From Octopus sinensis (lineage: Eukaryota), in contig NC_043004.1 of NCBI RefSeq assembly GCF_006345805.1, positions 60,326,001 through 60,390,000 of the forward strand: a stretch of 64,000 nt of DNA, read 5' to 3'. Below the pieces are notes generated by a model. It saw only the letters and a program-made list of their open reading frames with translations, did no database searches and was not told where the DNA came from. Both the position numbers and the translations under genes were made by a program. The number at the start of each line of letters is the position of its first letter. Within the stretch, counting starts at the first letter, position 1. Positions 13,510-26,303 of the stretch are shown one piece after another.

Positions 13510-13926
13510 AGAGCGGCGAACAAGTAGAATCGTTAGCACGCTGGGCGAAATGCATAAGGGTATTTCGTCTGCCGCTACGTTCTGAGTTCAAATTCCGCTT
13601 AGGTCGACTTTGCCTTTCATCCTTTCGGGGTCGATTACATAAGTACGAGTTACGCACTGGGGTCGATGTAATCTACTTAATACCTATGTCTGGCCTTTTT
13701 TGTCCCCTCTATGTTTAGCACCTTGTGGGTAATAAAGAAATAGGTATTTCGTCTGCCGTTACGTTCTGAGTTCAAATTCCGCCGAGGTCGACTTTGCCTT
13801 TCATCCTTTCGGGGTCGATTAAATAAGTATCAGTTACGCACTAGGGTCGATGTAATCGACTTAATCCCTTTCTCGTCGTTGTTTGCCCCCTCTATGTTTA
13901 GCCCCCCTGTCGGCAATAAATAAATA
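13510..13926 (+). mobile_element. SINE-like element (family D) with internal dimer and 16-bp target-site duplication
   Basis: B-box-like GAGTTCAAATTCC; roughly 185-bp unit repeated twice; TSD AGTATTTCTCCATTTT at 13494-13509 and 13927-13942. Confidence 0.85.
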
Positions 13927-14118
13927 AGTATTTCTCCATTTTCTGTTTTCTTTAAATTTGATTCCTGAGAAACTAACTTTATCATTGTCATTATCTGTAA
14001 ACTATGAGTATAATATGCTTGCATATGTATGTCCAGGTTGAACATAGGTAGTTATACCAGCAGTATAACGGATATGTTTATCCCTTAAACGGTTATTCCA
14101 AACTTTAACTATACTAAG

Positions 14119-14154
<36 letters not shown>

Positions 14155-14174
14155 TAGATATATATATATATATT

Positions 14175-14490
14175 ATTTTACTTGTTTCAGTCATTTGACT
14201 GCGGACATGCTGGATCACCGCCTTTACTCGAACAAATCGACTCCAGGTCTTATTCTTTGTAAGCCTAGTACTTATTCTATGGGTTTTTTTGTCGAACCAC
14301 TAAGTAAATGGGAAGTAAGCACATCAACATCAGTTGTGAAGAGAACAGGGCGGGATAAACATAGAGACTGAAATACATACACACTGCGTAGTTTGGTCCA
14401 GCGGAGGCTATAGTAGAAGACACTTTCCCCAAGGTGCTACACACTAGAACTGATTCTGGAACCATGTGGTTGGAAGCAAGCTCATATATA
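14175..14490 (-). mobile_element. SINE family A, diverged and internally deleted
   Basis: Homology to 38624-39062. Confidence 0.75.
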
Positions 14491-14599
14491 CAGCGAGGGA
14501 GTGGGGGAAGAGTGTCTGAGATACATGTTGCAGTATAAGATCTATTCATCTAAAATGCGGATCCTGCATAGACCGCCTGGAAAATTACCACTTCATCTG

Positions 14600-14900
14600 T
14601 TTGTCAGAAGGTTAACCTTTGCTATGAAATACAATGGCTGTAAATAAGAATGCATCGGGTAAACGAAATTTTCCTTGAGAACCAAACCCACTTGTCAGAG
14701 GGGAATAAATACATGATCTTAATTATACATAGATAGCTGCATAGGAACATCAATTCATATGTACAGCAACCAAATCTTCCAAATTACCTGCCTTCACTTC
14801 TTAACTTCGTCGTGACAAAAGTACAGTTCTAATACGGACAAAGAAAGAAGCTACGTTTATGAAGAATATAAACCACGGCTGAAGAAAACATAGGAATAAT
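14600..14900 (+). mobile_element. Possible degraded PLE GIY-YIG endonuclease 3' end
   Basis: Frameshifted AMKYNGCK*ECIG*T, SLRT, RTKKEATF...EYKPRL resemble the GIY-YIG domain of Penelope-like elements. Confidence 0.4.
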
Positions 14901-15135
14901 TGTAACACGCTACTTGGAAATCTTCGATAAAATCTTTTATAGTGAAGAAACGGAAATGTCAAATTACGAACAGACGACATCAAAGGATCGACCATCAGAA
15001 GTTTTCGAAGAAAAGAAGTAATTGAAAATTTCGAGAGAGAAATTATTTACTGAGTTGCCTTAATACATATCATTTGAAACCATGGAAATGTTCGGTAAAA
15101 AAAATAAAGAAAAATAACAAACTGAACGTACAAAT

Positions 15136-15387
15136 TAGTCGTGGCCAAAAATTTGGAACATAGTTCTAAATCTTAGTACTTTTATATAAAATACCCAAAG
15201 TTATATTTAATTTCCAATGTATTATTTCTAGACCAAAGTTTGGAACATTGGTATAAAAACTTTTCTAGATATTCAACTGTTGGATCAGGGAAGAATAGCT
15301 CTAACTTCTATACATTTGAATCGAATTGTGCTTAGGGATGACAATTTTAATTTTAAAAATAATTTTCCAAACTTTTGCCCACGGCTG
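15136..15387. mobile_element. Tc1-type MITE
   Basis: TIRs (T)AGTCGTGGCCAAAAATTTGGAA / TTCCAAACTTTTGCCCACGGCTG, with TA at the right end. Confidence 0.65.
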
Positions 15388-15517
15388 TAGCATTGACGAG
15401 ATTTGTGAATTCGGTTGAGTAATTATAAATATATCTTCTTAGAGTACACTTTCAAATAATTTTTTTCTACGTTTACCTATGTGGGAAAATGCATTTATTC
15501 TCCTGCATATATGTATG

Positions 15518-15600
<83 letters not shown>

Positions 15601-15756
15601 TAGAGAGATAGAGAGATAGATAGATATACGCACATATATAAATATATGCGTTTGAGTGCGTGTTTGTGCGTGTGAGTGCGTGTGGGTGCGTGCACGTGTG
15701 TGATTGTATACATACATACATGCATATATATCTATATCTATATATATATAGTGACG

Positions 15757-15950
15757 TATTTTTGGCATTTCAATATGGCTAACCCCTTAGGGTGGATGCT
15801 ACTGTAGTTTTTAGCCCCAGGAGGACACACTCCTCCAGCTGGCCATAGACACACTATCTGTGTCCTGTCAGTATTTGCAAAGGGAAGTCATCCTTCCCGT
15901 CTTCAACTTATGATACACACGGACTCGAGTTTCGAGGTATTGACCTCTCT
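15757..15950 (-). mobile_element. Copy of the 12.2-12.6 kb family with the 3' half of its hammerhead (15916-15947)
   Basis: Minus strand GAGGU-CAAU-ACCUC-GAAA-C-UCGA-GUC-CGUGUG; CUGANGA core lost at the junction with (AG)n/(TA)n. Confidence 0.75.
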
Positions 15951-16015
15951 CTATATATATATATACATATACATACATACATACATACATACATATATGT
16001 ATGTATATATATATA

Positions 16016-16067
<52 letters not shown>

Positions 16068-16164
16068 CGGGAAGCTTTATGAAAATAAACAAAAGACGAA
16101 GGCAGGTGGAAAACAAACGAACAATTGTATTAGTATGGCGCTCAGGAAATATAAATAAAACAAG

Positions 16165-16202
16165 TCTTTAACGTTTCGAGCCTACGCTCTTCAACAGAAA
16201 GA
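16165..16202 (-). ncRNA. Minimal hammerhead-like motif with A6U core (CUGUUGA)
   Basis: UCUUU-CUGUUGA-A-GAG-CGUAGG-CUC-GAAA-CG-UU-AAAGA; within a roughly 16070-16235 repeat. Confidence 0.55.
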
Positions 16203-16950
16203 TACACAAAGAGAGAAAAACACAGAAAGAAGGAGAGAAAAAAAAAATATATATATACACACACACAATCCGGTGTAATCCGAATTTATAATCGAATTAG
16301 TCTACAACGGTAAGCTAGAAAAATCCGGTTTGGTTATATATTAGGACGTAACACGACTTAGATAGAAAAAAAATTGAGTTTATACGTGACAGTGTGTAAA
16401 GTATAATTTTTAAGTGTTTAACAACCACAGATACGAGGAATAATACGATGTAAAACTGAATGAATGTGACACTGAAATAGTACAGGAAAGATATTACTGC
16501 GGCTCCAAACAAATATTCCTTTTTAGATAAGAAAAGAACAGAATGAAACCGGGGGAATAAAGAAAGAAGATGTAAAATGCAAAAGGGTTTAATTTTACCA
16601 ACGTCCGTTTAAGATCAAGTCATGATTTAGATGTGATTTGGAAGTAAGAGAGGCAAGAATGCGACATTAGATATCGGAGATTTCACAACGGAAAGTATAT
16701 TGATTTCAAAATTTTGGTACAACGCCAACGGTTTCGGGGACAAAGTAAATCGGTTATGTCGATCACAATGGTCATGTAGCATGTCGTACTTATATTCTCG
16801 ATCGCGAAAGGATGAAATGCAAGTTCAATCTCTGCAGAATTCGAACACAGGACATAAAGACGGAAAAAATACCACTCCTACGCATTTTGCATGGCATGCT
16901 AACAATTCTATCAGTTCACCGCTTTGAATAAAAAGTAAAATTTATCTAAA

Positions 16951-17148
16951 ATTTTTGCAGAAAGCCAGAAAATTCGGGGGAGGCGTACATCGAGTACATC
17001 GATCCCGGTGTTCAACTGGGAGTTTATTTTATCGACCCTGAAAGGATAAAACGTAAAGCAGATCTCAGTGAAATTTTAATTCAGAATATTATTACGGACA
17101 CAGGGCCATCAAGCATAGTACTCAGCGTGAAAACAATTCTGCCAGCTC
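16951..17148 (-). mobile_element. SINE family D, diverged
   Basis: Homology to 13510-13926 and 43538-43969. Confidence 0.6.
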
Positions 17149-18265
17149 TTAACAGAAATTAATACTTCGTGCAACTGCCAGCATTTATACATATGCATGA
17201 TTGCATTCAAGTTTTCAGTACGTTCTTTGCGTATGTCAATACTGATGGTGGCTGATATGTGCGTGAAGGGCGTGTGTATTTTTCAGTGCGCTTTTAGAAG
17301 TGTGTGAATGTAGTACTATTTTTGTCTATGTAGATTGGCGTGTGTTTGTGCTTCTATGTACATATATCGTGTTTGATTGTAGTGGAATATTGCCTCTGTA
17401 TGTATATGCTTATGTGCCAGCGCATGCGCATGTGCTTCTACCAACATCAGATGTGTACATGCGTGTTTGTTTGGGATCATTTACTGTGGTTGCGCATGTT
17501 TAGTTGTGTTGTACGTACATTTGAAAATCTGGTTAATGGAACGTAATTAGAGAATTTAATATAGAACAAGGGTTCCGTGAAAGAGCATAAATTCCTGTCT
17601 TTTTTTAAATGTTCCGTCTTAATAAATCACCTGAATGCAGTGACAACTTATCGGTTGTTGAATCGCATATTCTTTAATTGTTCAGAATATCTGTAGGCCT
17701 ATTAATGCATTCTACGCTGATCTACATGAATGGAATTTTTGAGCACTATGTGAGTCTCTTAAAGGTGAGGGATAAATAGCCGGTTGAATAGAAGGTTGTA
17801 CTATTTGTGAGGAGGCACAGGAGCTGTAACGAGGGTTGGTATGGAGCAGTGCTACTCAGAGTGGTGGTAAGCTGACCGGTGCCGGTCTGCGAGCCATCGG
17901 CTATCGGTAGGTGGTGAGTTTCCAGAAAAGAAAGACACATTATGAAATGCTTATAAAATGTTATGTAATATTGTATTATTTGTTTACAAAGCAAATATAA
18001 GATCTAAAAATTGCAGACATTTATTATATTCACTACGAACAAAATGCCCCCCCCCCCGTCCAAAGAAAAACGATTTTATTCACGCAAATATGCAACCGAA
18101 GAGTTCAAAGTACCAGTAATGATAAGGCTGTTGACTGGGAGAACACAAACGTGGTTTAAACAGTAAGCTTGGCAGGAAAGAAACGTGCTTTTAAGCAGTA
18201 CAAAAACAACCAAAATTGGAAGGTGCAGTTATGTACAGGTTCACGAAAGAAAAGCAGGACAAAAA

Positions 18266-18429
18266 CTGCTTTATCGATCGCATTCTCACCTGGAATCGAT
18301 TTTTGTAACTTTTCCAAGACTGATACCGTCGGTATCTGCATATCAAATTTGAGCGCAATCGGATGGAGGATGCCCGAGATCCTAGAAGACACACACACAG
18401 ACAGACAGAACGGATTTTATATAATAGAT
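18266..18429 (+). mobile_element. Non-autonomous Helitron/Helentron-like fragment
   Basis: Homologous to 10805-10976; (CAGA)n tract and TTTTATATAATAGAT end. Confidence 0.45.
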
Positions 18430-18799
18430 ATATGTTGTTTCCGGTATAAATTAGTATTACTAAGAAATATCACCGGTCACCGCCATTTTGGAAAAAAATA
18501 AAACTGCTGGTACGCCACATCAGATAGTTTGAGAAGCACTGGTGTAAAGCATATAAACAGGTTGGTTGCGCGCTGGAGGAGAAGAGCTATGGAGCAATAG
18601 ATGACGAAGATTGCAGATATGATTAAAGGAAATGAAGGTTAGATAAGAAAGGGGGGGGGGTAGATTATAGGGAAGTTGTGAATTATAGAGTCGTGTATGC
18701 TGTAAGATCGTGCACTGGAGAGATAGTTTTAGATGTAGTAGGAATGGGAAAAGTGTCGTCGATCTATCGTAAAGGTGATGTCATAAAGGTGAAGCCATC

Positions 18800-19250
18800 G
18801 TTATGGAGGACATAAGTGAAAACATGAGGACAATGAACTAACGTAGATGTATATTCGTCATAGGAGAATTTTCCAAACCATGGCAGGCGGGGTTACCGAG
18901 ACGGAGGTTTTACAGAATTTGGGAATACGAGATGATTCGCTTAAGGAGTTATTAAGGTAGTAATGGAGGTTGGCCGGTCAGAAGAAGAAAGGATAATGGA
19001 TGGTCAGATTGCTGTTTATAGTGGTAACTGAAATGTCAATGAAGTTGGTAGACTTGTTAGAGACAAAGGAACATGAAGTGCCTTAAATAATTCATCTTCC
19101 TTCCAGATAATTTCCACCCAAGACCTGTGAAAAAAATTGGCCCGGAAGAAGATGAAGTAGTTGACAGGTTCAAGAGTGGAGCCGATGAAATAGAAAGAAA
19201 ATGCTGAGTGTCTCTGCAGTGGACTTGGTTATGGCGAAAGGGAAGATCAA
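18800..19250 (-). mobile_element. Highly degraded PLE reverse transcriptase fragment
   Basis: Minus-strand VSNKSTNFIDISV...P.NLH.YL...IP...LRL.N resembles the PLE FLD..KPT..YL..IP.SQ.LR thumb region. Confidence 0.45.
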
Positions 19251-20239
19251 CGCTGAATGATGCTTGGACTTTGAAACAAACAAAATGAACTTTTATACCG
19301 ATTTTATTTAGACATGTGGTTTAAGTATAGATCAAAATAATACCTAAAAACTATAAAAGGTCTAGCTATAGTTAAAACGTCTTTGTGCGTAATCAAGGCT
19401 TATTTAGATTGTACAAATTCGAAAAGTTCAACAGAAAATTATTTATTAATTTATTGCTACACAATTCAAAAGGTCTAACAGCGTTATCTTTTGATGTATC
19501 GTTTATATTTGACTCCGGGACGGATCTGACAAAAGCCCCATGATTAAGAGCATTGCAGCTATGAGCGGCACTTATTTTGGCTTATGCACTCAACGTCATA
19601 TGGCATATCATCCGGTGTTCTTTTTGAGAGGGAATAGTAGAATTATACATTTCGTTGCAATGTTGAGTAGTAATCACGTAATATGTGTATCACTGCATCA
19701 GTGTGTTATACGATTATTTACAAGTGTAAACAAATAAACAAATATACGAACTTATGTATCTAAATACATAATGCGTACAAGTACATATATTATGTTTCAA
19801 ACATAATTATATTCAGTTAAATATATAATTTTATTAAATCTTCATAACCATTCAAATACGGATTTAAGCACATCATTACCTGTATTTTATTACGTTACAT
19901 AATCATTATCGCCTTAGAAAAGTACTAGTGCATAAGTACATATATACGCACATAAACACATGCAAGCATATATATATATATATATGCACCTATGTATATA
20001 CGCGCACAAACATGCTTGCATATTTACATAGATACATGTTTGAATATGTATGAATATGTACTATGTATGATGTATATGTATGTATGTATATATATATATA
20101 TATGATGTATATGTATGTATGTGTATATATATATATATAGATATATATACATTTGTATGTTTGTGAGTGTGTGTATATGCGAGACATTTATATATGTATA
20201 TATAAATGTATCTATTTATATATGTCTATATATGTATGC

Positions 20240-20281
<42 letters not shown>

Positions 20282-20888
20282 TTTGTGTGTATATGTACAT
20301 ATATATGTTTATATATATAAATGTATATATGTACATATACATGTTTATATGTATAAATGCATATATATATATATAAGTATATATATATATGCACAAACAA
20401 TAAGAGCATAGTTGTAGGCATATAAATGATGTATTTAAGTAGTTTAACGCAGCGCACAGAATAATGTGAGCGAATGTGTATATACACTTAAATAGGCGCA
20501 CATATACGCACACATAGAAACGCACTCAAAGGACTTATCTGAACACACCCACACAAACACCCGTTCCAAAACATCCACCTACGTACAAGCGCAAACACCC
20601 CTACAGCGACATATACACACTTAAATGCGCAGACACACAGAGATTCATGTGCACACACGTACACACATTCCAGTAAAAAACAATATCTTAAGGATTTGCA
20701 TTAGCAATTTATATATCTTCGTATTCTTTTTTTTTTCCTGTAACAAACAAGAGTAACAAACACAACCGCCGCAAGCGTAGCACCCAACAACACTAATTTC
20801 TGGATAACACCCAGTTTCGCAATCAACGATTAAAAAAATTTTTTCTCCACTTCCCTACAGCATATATACAATTGCACATAAACGAGCA

Positions 20889-20928
<40 letters not shown>

Positions 20929-21010
20929 GCATAAACACACAAACCTAATATGTATATATATGTATCTATATGCATATATGTATATGTATGTATATGTGCG
21001 TGTATGCATG

Positions 21011-21083
<73 letters not shown>

Positions 21084-21300
21084 AGACACACATACACACA
21101 TTCTCTTTCACATACACACATATATATACATATGCACACACAATCGCACACATACGCGGACACATGTAAGCGCATATATCTATTTATGCAAAAAAAATTG
21201 GCATTGGTTGGGTTGCAACCTATTATTGTATAGTGTGTATGTTTACGTGTGTGCAAACACACACACTCACACACACATACACAAACAAGTACACACATGT

Positions 21301-21723
21301 TATTTTACCTGTTTCAGTCATTTTGAGTCTGGCCATGCTGGAGCACCGCCTTGTAGTCGAAGAGATCAGCCTCTAGATTTAATTTTTGTACGCCTGGTAA
21401 TTATTGACTCGTTTTGCGGACCTGCTATGTTATGTGGACGTAAACACACCAATATTGGTTGTCAAGTGATGGTGGAGAGAGAAACACAGACACTAACACA
21501 CAAAGATGTATATATATATAATATATATTATATATATATATATATATATGTATATATACTACAGGCTTTTTTCAGGTTCCGTCTACCAATTCCACTCACA
21601 TGTCTTTGGTCAACACCAGACTATCGTAGAAGACGCCTGTCCAAGGTCCCACGCAGTGGAACTGAACCCGTAACCACTCGGTCTGGGGAGTAAGCTTCTT
21701 ACCACACAGCCACGCCTGCGCCT
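21301..21723 (-). mobile_element. SINE family A, diverged full-length copy
   Basis: tRNA-like head AGGCGCAGG..GGCTGTGTGGTAAG on the minus strand; central microsatellite; tail matches 38624. Confidence 0.85.
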
Positions 21724-21730
21724 ATATATA

Positions 21731-21801
<71 letters not shown>

Positions 21802-21994
21802 TATAGAAATTTAAGTATACTTCTATATCGATAAAATACGTATACATCTTACATATAGTTATATAGAGAGAGGTATATACAGATGAGAAATATTTAGCAT
21901 CGAGAGATATAAGTATATGCATATACGTATATATGAATATGCGTGTATGTATGTGTGAGTGTGCTTGTATGTTTGTGTACAAGCATACGCATGC

Positions 21995-22052
<58 letters not shown>

Positions 22053-23094
22053 ATGTATATATAGATATTTATAGGCTTATATAGAGTCATAGGTAGATAG
22101 ATAGGTTGATGCTGGAATACCTACACTCGTGCGTACATAAACAGATGAATATTATCATAAAACCCTTTTCAAGTGAGGAAAATTTTGCGAAAATTGAGTT
22201 ATATAATCAAACATAGATATATGCATATGTAGTGGCACTTCATTTGCACGGCTAGAACTCCCACATGGAGACAGAACTAAGTTTACATATAAATATGAAG
22301 GAGACACTTCTTGATATACGTTGTAACACCATTTTTGCAATTTTACAATGTTTATATCACAAAACAGTAAAGCTAGCAACTATGGAGACAATTATGTTTT
22401 GTTTAATATAAATCTGACAAAACATAAACGCTGGAAATATCATCCAACAAATCGCTAGTAATTACATCATAAATATCGCCTCCATTACAACGACAACGAA
22501 ATCTGAGAATAAAAACAGCTACAACAACAACAGCATCAACAATAACAAAAATTCCACTTAGAATAATAATACAATCCTTAACACCAAAAGCAAAAATATA
22601 TATATATAGCTGGTATTGAAGATTATTACGGTATCGTTTCTTAACAGATATCAAACGTTTCTCCCAAAATTTGCCTTTGGAAATAAATATTTCCACATAA
22701 AATTTTTACAGCATTATCTGTTATTGAGAGCAGGCACAACCGTATAAGCCATATAAATACACGAATTTGAGGTTCTTATACACGGTTTCAGCTCATGACA
22801 GTGCCCGGCGGCACAAACTTCCTCCGGCACATAATTTTTTAAGTATGACTAACACTTAAAAGGAGTACGTACAAAATATTCGCCATTTATCTTTCTCAAC
22901 GACTCTCTGTCACCATTTATCCACTACATGTATATGTGTGTATGTGTGTATGTGTGTCTGTGTGTATGTGTGCGTGTATTCATAAATGTATATGTATTTA
23001 TATACACATATGTATATACTTCTATACACACGCACACATGCACGAACCCATGCACACACACACTCGCACACATTCACACATAAGTTGCAGATCA

Positions 23095-23245
23095 GACGGT
23101 GCGGTAAGAAGTGTCCCTCCAAACCACAAGGTTCTGTGTTCAGTCTCAGAGCGTGGTATATCTGGCTAGGGTCTTCTACTATAGTTTTTAGCCGACCAAA
23201 GCCTTGTGAGTGAATCTGATAGAGGGAAACTGAAAGGCGACCATG
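23095..23245 (+). mobile_element. SINE family A 5' fragment
   Basis: GGTAAGAAG...GTCTTCTACTATAG...CCGACCAAAGCCTTGTGAGTG. Confidence 0.65.
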
Positions 23246-23270
23246 TTATATATATATATATATATATAAT

Positions 23271-23317
<47 letters not shown>

Positions 23318-23319
23318 AT

Positions 23320-23332
23320 AGATAGATAGATT

Positions 23333-23412
<80 letters not shown>

Positions 23413-23503
23413 TACAGATAGATAGCTAGCTAGCTAGATAGATATATAAATAGACAGACATACAGACGGACAGACAGATCGATAGATAGATAGATAGACA
23501 GGC

Positions 23504-23575
<72 letters not shown>
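23320..23575. repeat. (GATA)n/(GACA)n microsatellite
   Basis: Direct reading. Confidence 0.95.
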
Positions 23576-24013
23576 TGAGTGGTTGATTAATTGCTGAAAT
23601 GCCTAATTGAAAACTCATAGGATAACACATGGTAGTAAGTGAAATGGAGAAACTTAAAGTATCTCTTTTGTAACAGCTTGGAGTCTGAAGTTGAAACGAA
23701 ATAAAACGCTAAGTATCTTCTCTCCGAATCTGTAAGAGAGCTACACATTTTCTAGCGACGTGTTATTTAATTCACACCTGTCATTTTAATATCTTCTTTA
23801 GTTATATATTCATTGTAATTTTGCTTATTGCTTATCTTTTCCTTGAAAATTGACGAAAATACTCTTGTCATATCCGCTTTCTTTGGAAATAGAATTTAGT
23901 CGCTAATATACTTAATATCATTTGTGAACATCTTGTACCTTAGAAAAATATATTACAATTAAATTTAGCGCATTGAAACTAGAAAGAACAGCCAAGAGGT
24001 AAAGAATTTTAGA

Positions 24014-24057
<44 letters not shown>

Positions 24058-24111
24058 GTATATATGTACTTGAATATTTTCTTTGTGTCTATTACTTATA
24101 TAAAAAGTATG

Positions 24112-24178
<67 letters not shown>

Positions 24179-24440
24179 ACAGATAAGTAGATAAATAGAT
24201 AAATAGATAGACCAGAAAACCAATTGACAGATAGATATTTAGACACATATATCTGTAGAAAGAAAGTAATATATTTAGTTCACAACTGACACGAGTATTC
24301 AATTTTTCCATGAGCTATAGAACCAGCGTTATTGAATTGAATGTAAATATCTAAATATTCTGCCGACAAATAGAGCTTTACTTTAATTCTGCGGCGATAT
24401 AAGCGTGCTACTGTTATTAATTGTGCAGTACCTTTGAAAT

Positions 24441-24665
24441 ATGTTATGCGGACGTAAACACACCAATATTGGTTATCAAGCGATGGTGGAGAGAGAAACA
24501 CAGACACTAACACACAAAGATGTATATATATATATAATATATATATATATAATATATATATGTATATATACTACAGGCTTTTTTCAGGTTCCGTCTACCA
24601 ATTCCACTCACATGTCTTTGGTCAACACCAGACTATCAGACTGGTGTGTTTACGTCCACATAACA
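24441..24665. repeat. Local duplicate of 21427-21625 with a short inverted tail
   Basis: Shares private substitutions with the 21.4 kb SINE copy; 24641-24665 is the reverse complement of the unit start. Confidence 0.8.
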
Positions 24666-25174
24666 CGGACATACACCTTATTTGTCCATCAAATTTTACT
24701 CACTATTCAACAAAATTAAATCCGGTATGTATGATTACCAAGCAATTGTTTTAAACATTTGGACACACCTCGTATATATATTCCGAGTTCAAAGGTTGAT
24801 AGAAAACAAACACTTGGTTTTGGTGAAACAGAAGAAACATTGCATTTAATGACCTTCATAGAAATATGAACACTTTTCATGTATCTCCATGTATTTGTTA
24901 TACCCTGTATATATATATATATATATACGGGAAGTTGTTTGTTATGGTCTCTTAGTCAGAGACTTACCTAGACTTCGCACCTACACACCGCATAGATGTA
25001 CAGGAGACATGTCAGACTCACATATATTCCATTGAAACATGTATATATATATATATATAGTAGTAGTAACAGAAAAGGGGATTTTCGGTTGTTCCCACGT
25101 GGTGGATTGTAATGTATATAAGAAAATAAAAACGGAAAATACGCACACTTACATGGTTATTGTATAATTTTTAA

Positions 25175-25211
25175 TGTATCGACCGGTTTCGCAATCGCTA
25201 TTCATGACACA
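25175..25211 (-). ncRNA. Minimal type I hammerhead motif with A3-U8 core
   Basis: UGUGUC-AUGAAUA-GC-GAUU-GC-GAAA-CCGG-UC-GAUACA; palindromic ACCGGU; GUC triplet. Confidence 0.6.
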
Positions 25212-25485
25212 ATGTTTAATTTATATGAAATTATATTTTTCTTAAGAAAATGGGTCCATGTTGTTTCTAATGAAATTCACGAGTGAATGATTTTACAAGT
25301 TGACAAGTAAAGGGAGGTAATTGGTTGTTATTATTGTTATTGTTGTGTGTAAGGGAGATAACTGTTTAGGTTTTGGGTGACGAATAAATATGTATACAGA
25401 AAGGAGACAGGTTTTTAAAAAAGGGGACCTTGTTTAGTAGTGGATTTATGTACAGTGATGTAATATGTAAAAATATAAAAATTGG

Positions 25486-25572
25486 TTATGCGTGCTTATT
25501 AAGACGCGTTTTGTATTTTTCAATAAAAAAAGTTTCTTTATTAAAGCGTTCTAGTTGAGAGATTGTCTTTTC
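25486..25572 (-). pseudogene. C-terminal end of a PLE GIY-YIG endonuclease
   Basis: EKTISQLERFNKETFFIEKYKTRLNKHA* fits the R..KE..FI...P.LN ending; lies about 275 bp upstream of the HHR on the same strand. Confidence 0.55.
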
Positions 25573-25606
25573 TTATATATATATTTTCTCATATATATAT
25601 ATATAT

Positions 25607-25638
<32 letters not shown>

Positions 25639-25676
25639 GTGTGTGTGTGTGTGTGTGTGTGCGTGTGTGTGTGTGT

Positions 25677-26000
25677 GAAGGTGCATGGTTCAGTGGTTAG
25701 AACGTAGAGCTTATGATCGTGTGGTTTTGAGTTCGATTCCCGGACCAGGCTGCGTGTTGTGTTCTTGAGCAAGACTCTTTATTTCACGTTGCCCCAGTTC
25801 ACTCAGCCGTACAAATGAGTTGCGATGACACTGTCGCTAAGCTGTATCGGCCATTGCCTTTCCTTTGGATAACGTCAGTGGTATGGAGAGGGAAGGCTGG
25901 TATGTATGGGCGACTGCCAGCCTTCCATCTTGCTCTGACTTGTGCATCGGAGGGCAACTTTCTAGTTGCAGTTCCATTGTCATTGATGACCGGAAAAGCT
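25677..26000 (+). mobile_element. tRNA-derived SINE
   Basis: A box TGGTTCAGTGG; B box GAGTTCGATTCCC; core TTGTGTTCTTGAGCAAGAC..TTTATTTCACGTTG. Confidence 0.8.
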
Positions 26001-26303
26001 CTCCTCTCACTTTCTCTCTCTCTCTATATATATATATATAGAGAGAGAGTATGTATGTATATATGTATGCATACATATATATATATATATACATTTATGT
26101 ATATATATATATATATGTATACATACATAAATATGTATACATATAAATACACACATGCACACATGCATATACATACATGCACACTTACATGCATATACCC
26201 ATGTATATATATGGAAAGCAAAGTTGTATGGGAAACGCAAGTAATTTTTAAAATGCCGTTAATAAATTTGACATCACAGGGCGAGAGATGAAGAGAAGGA
26301 AGT

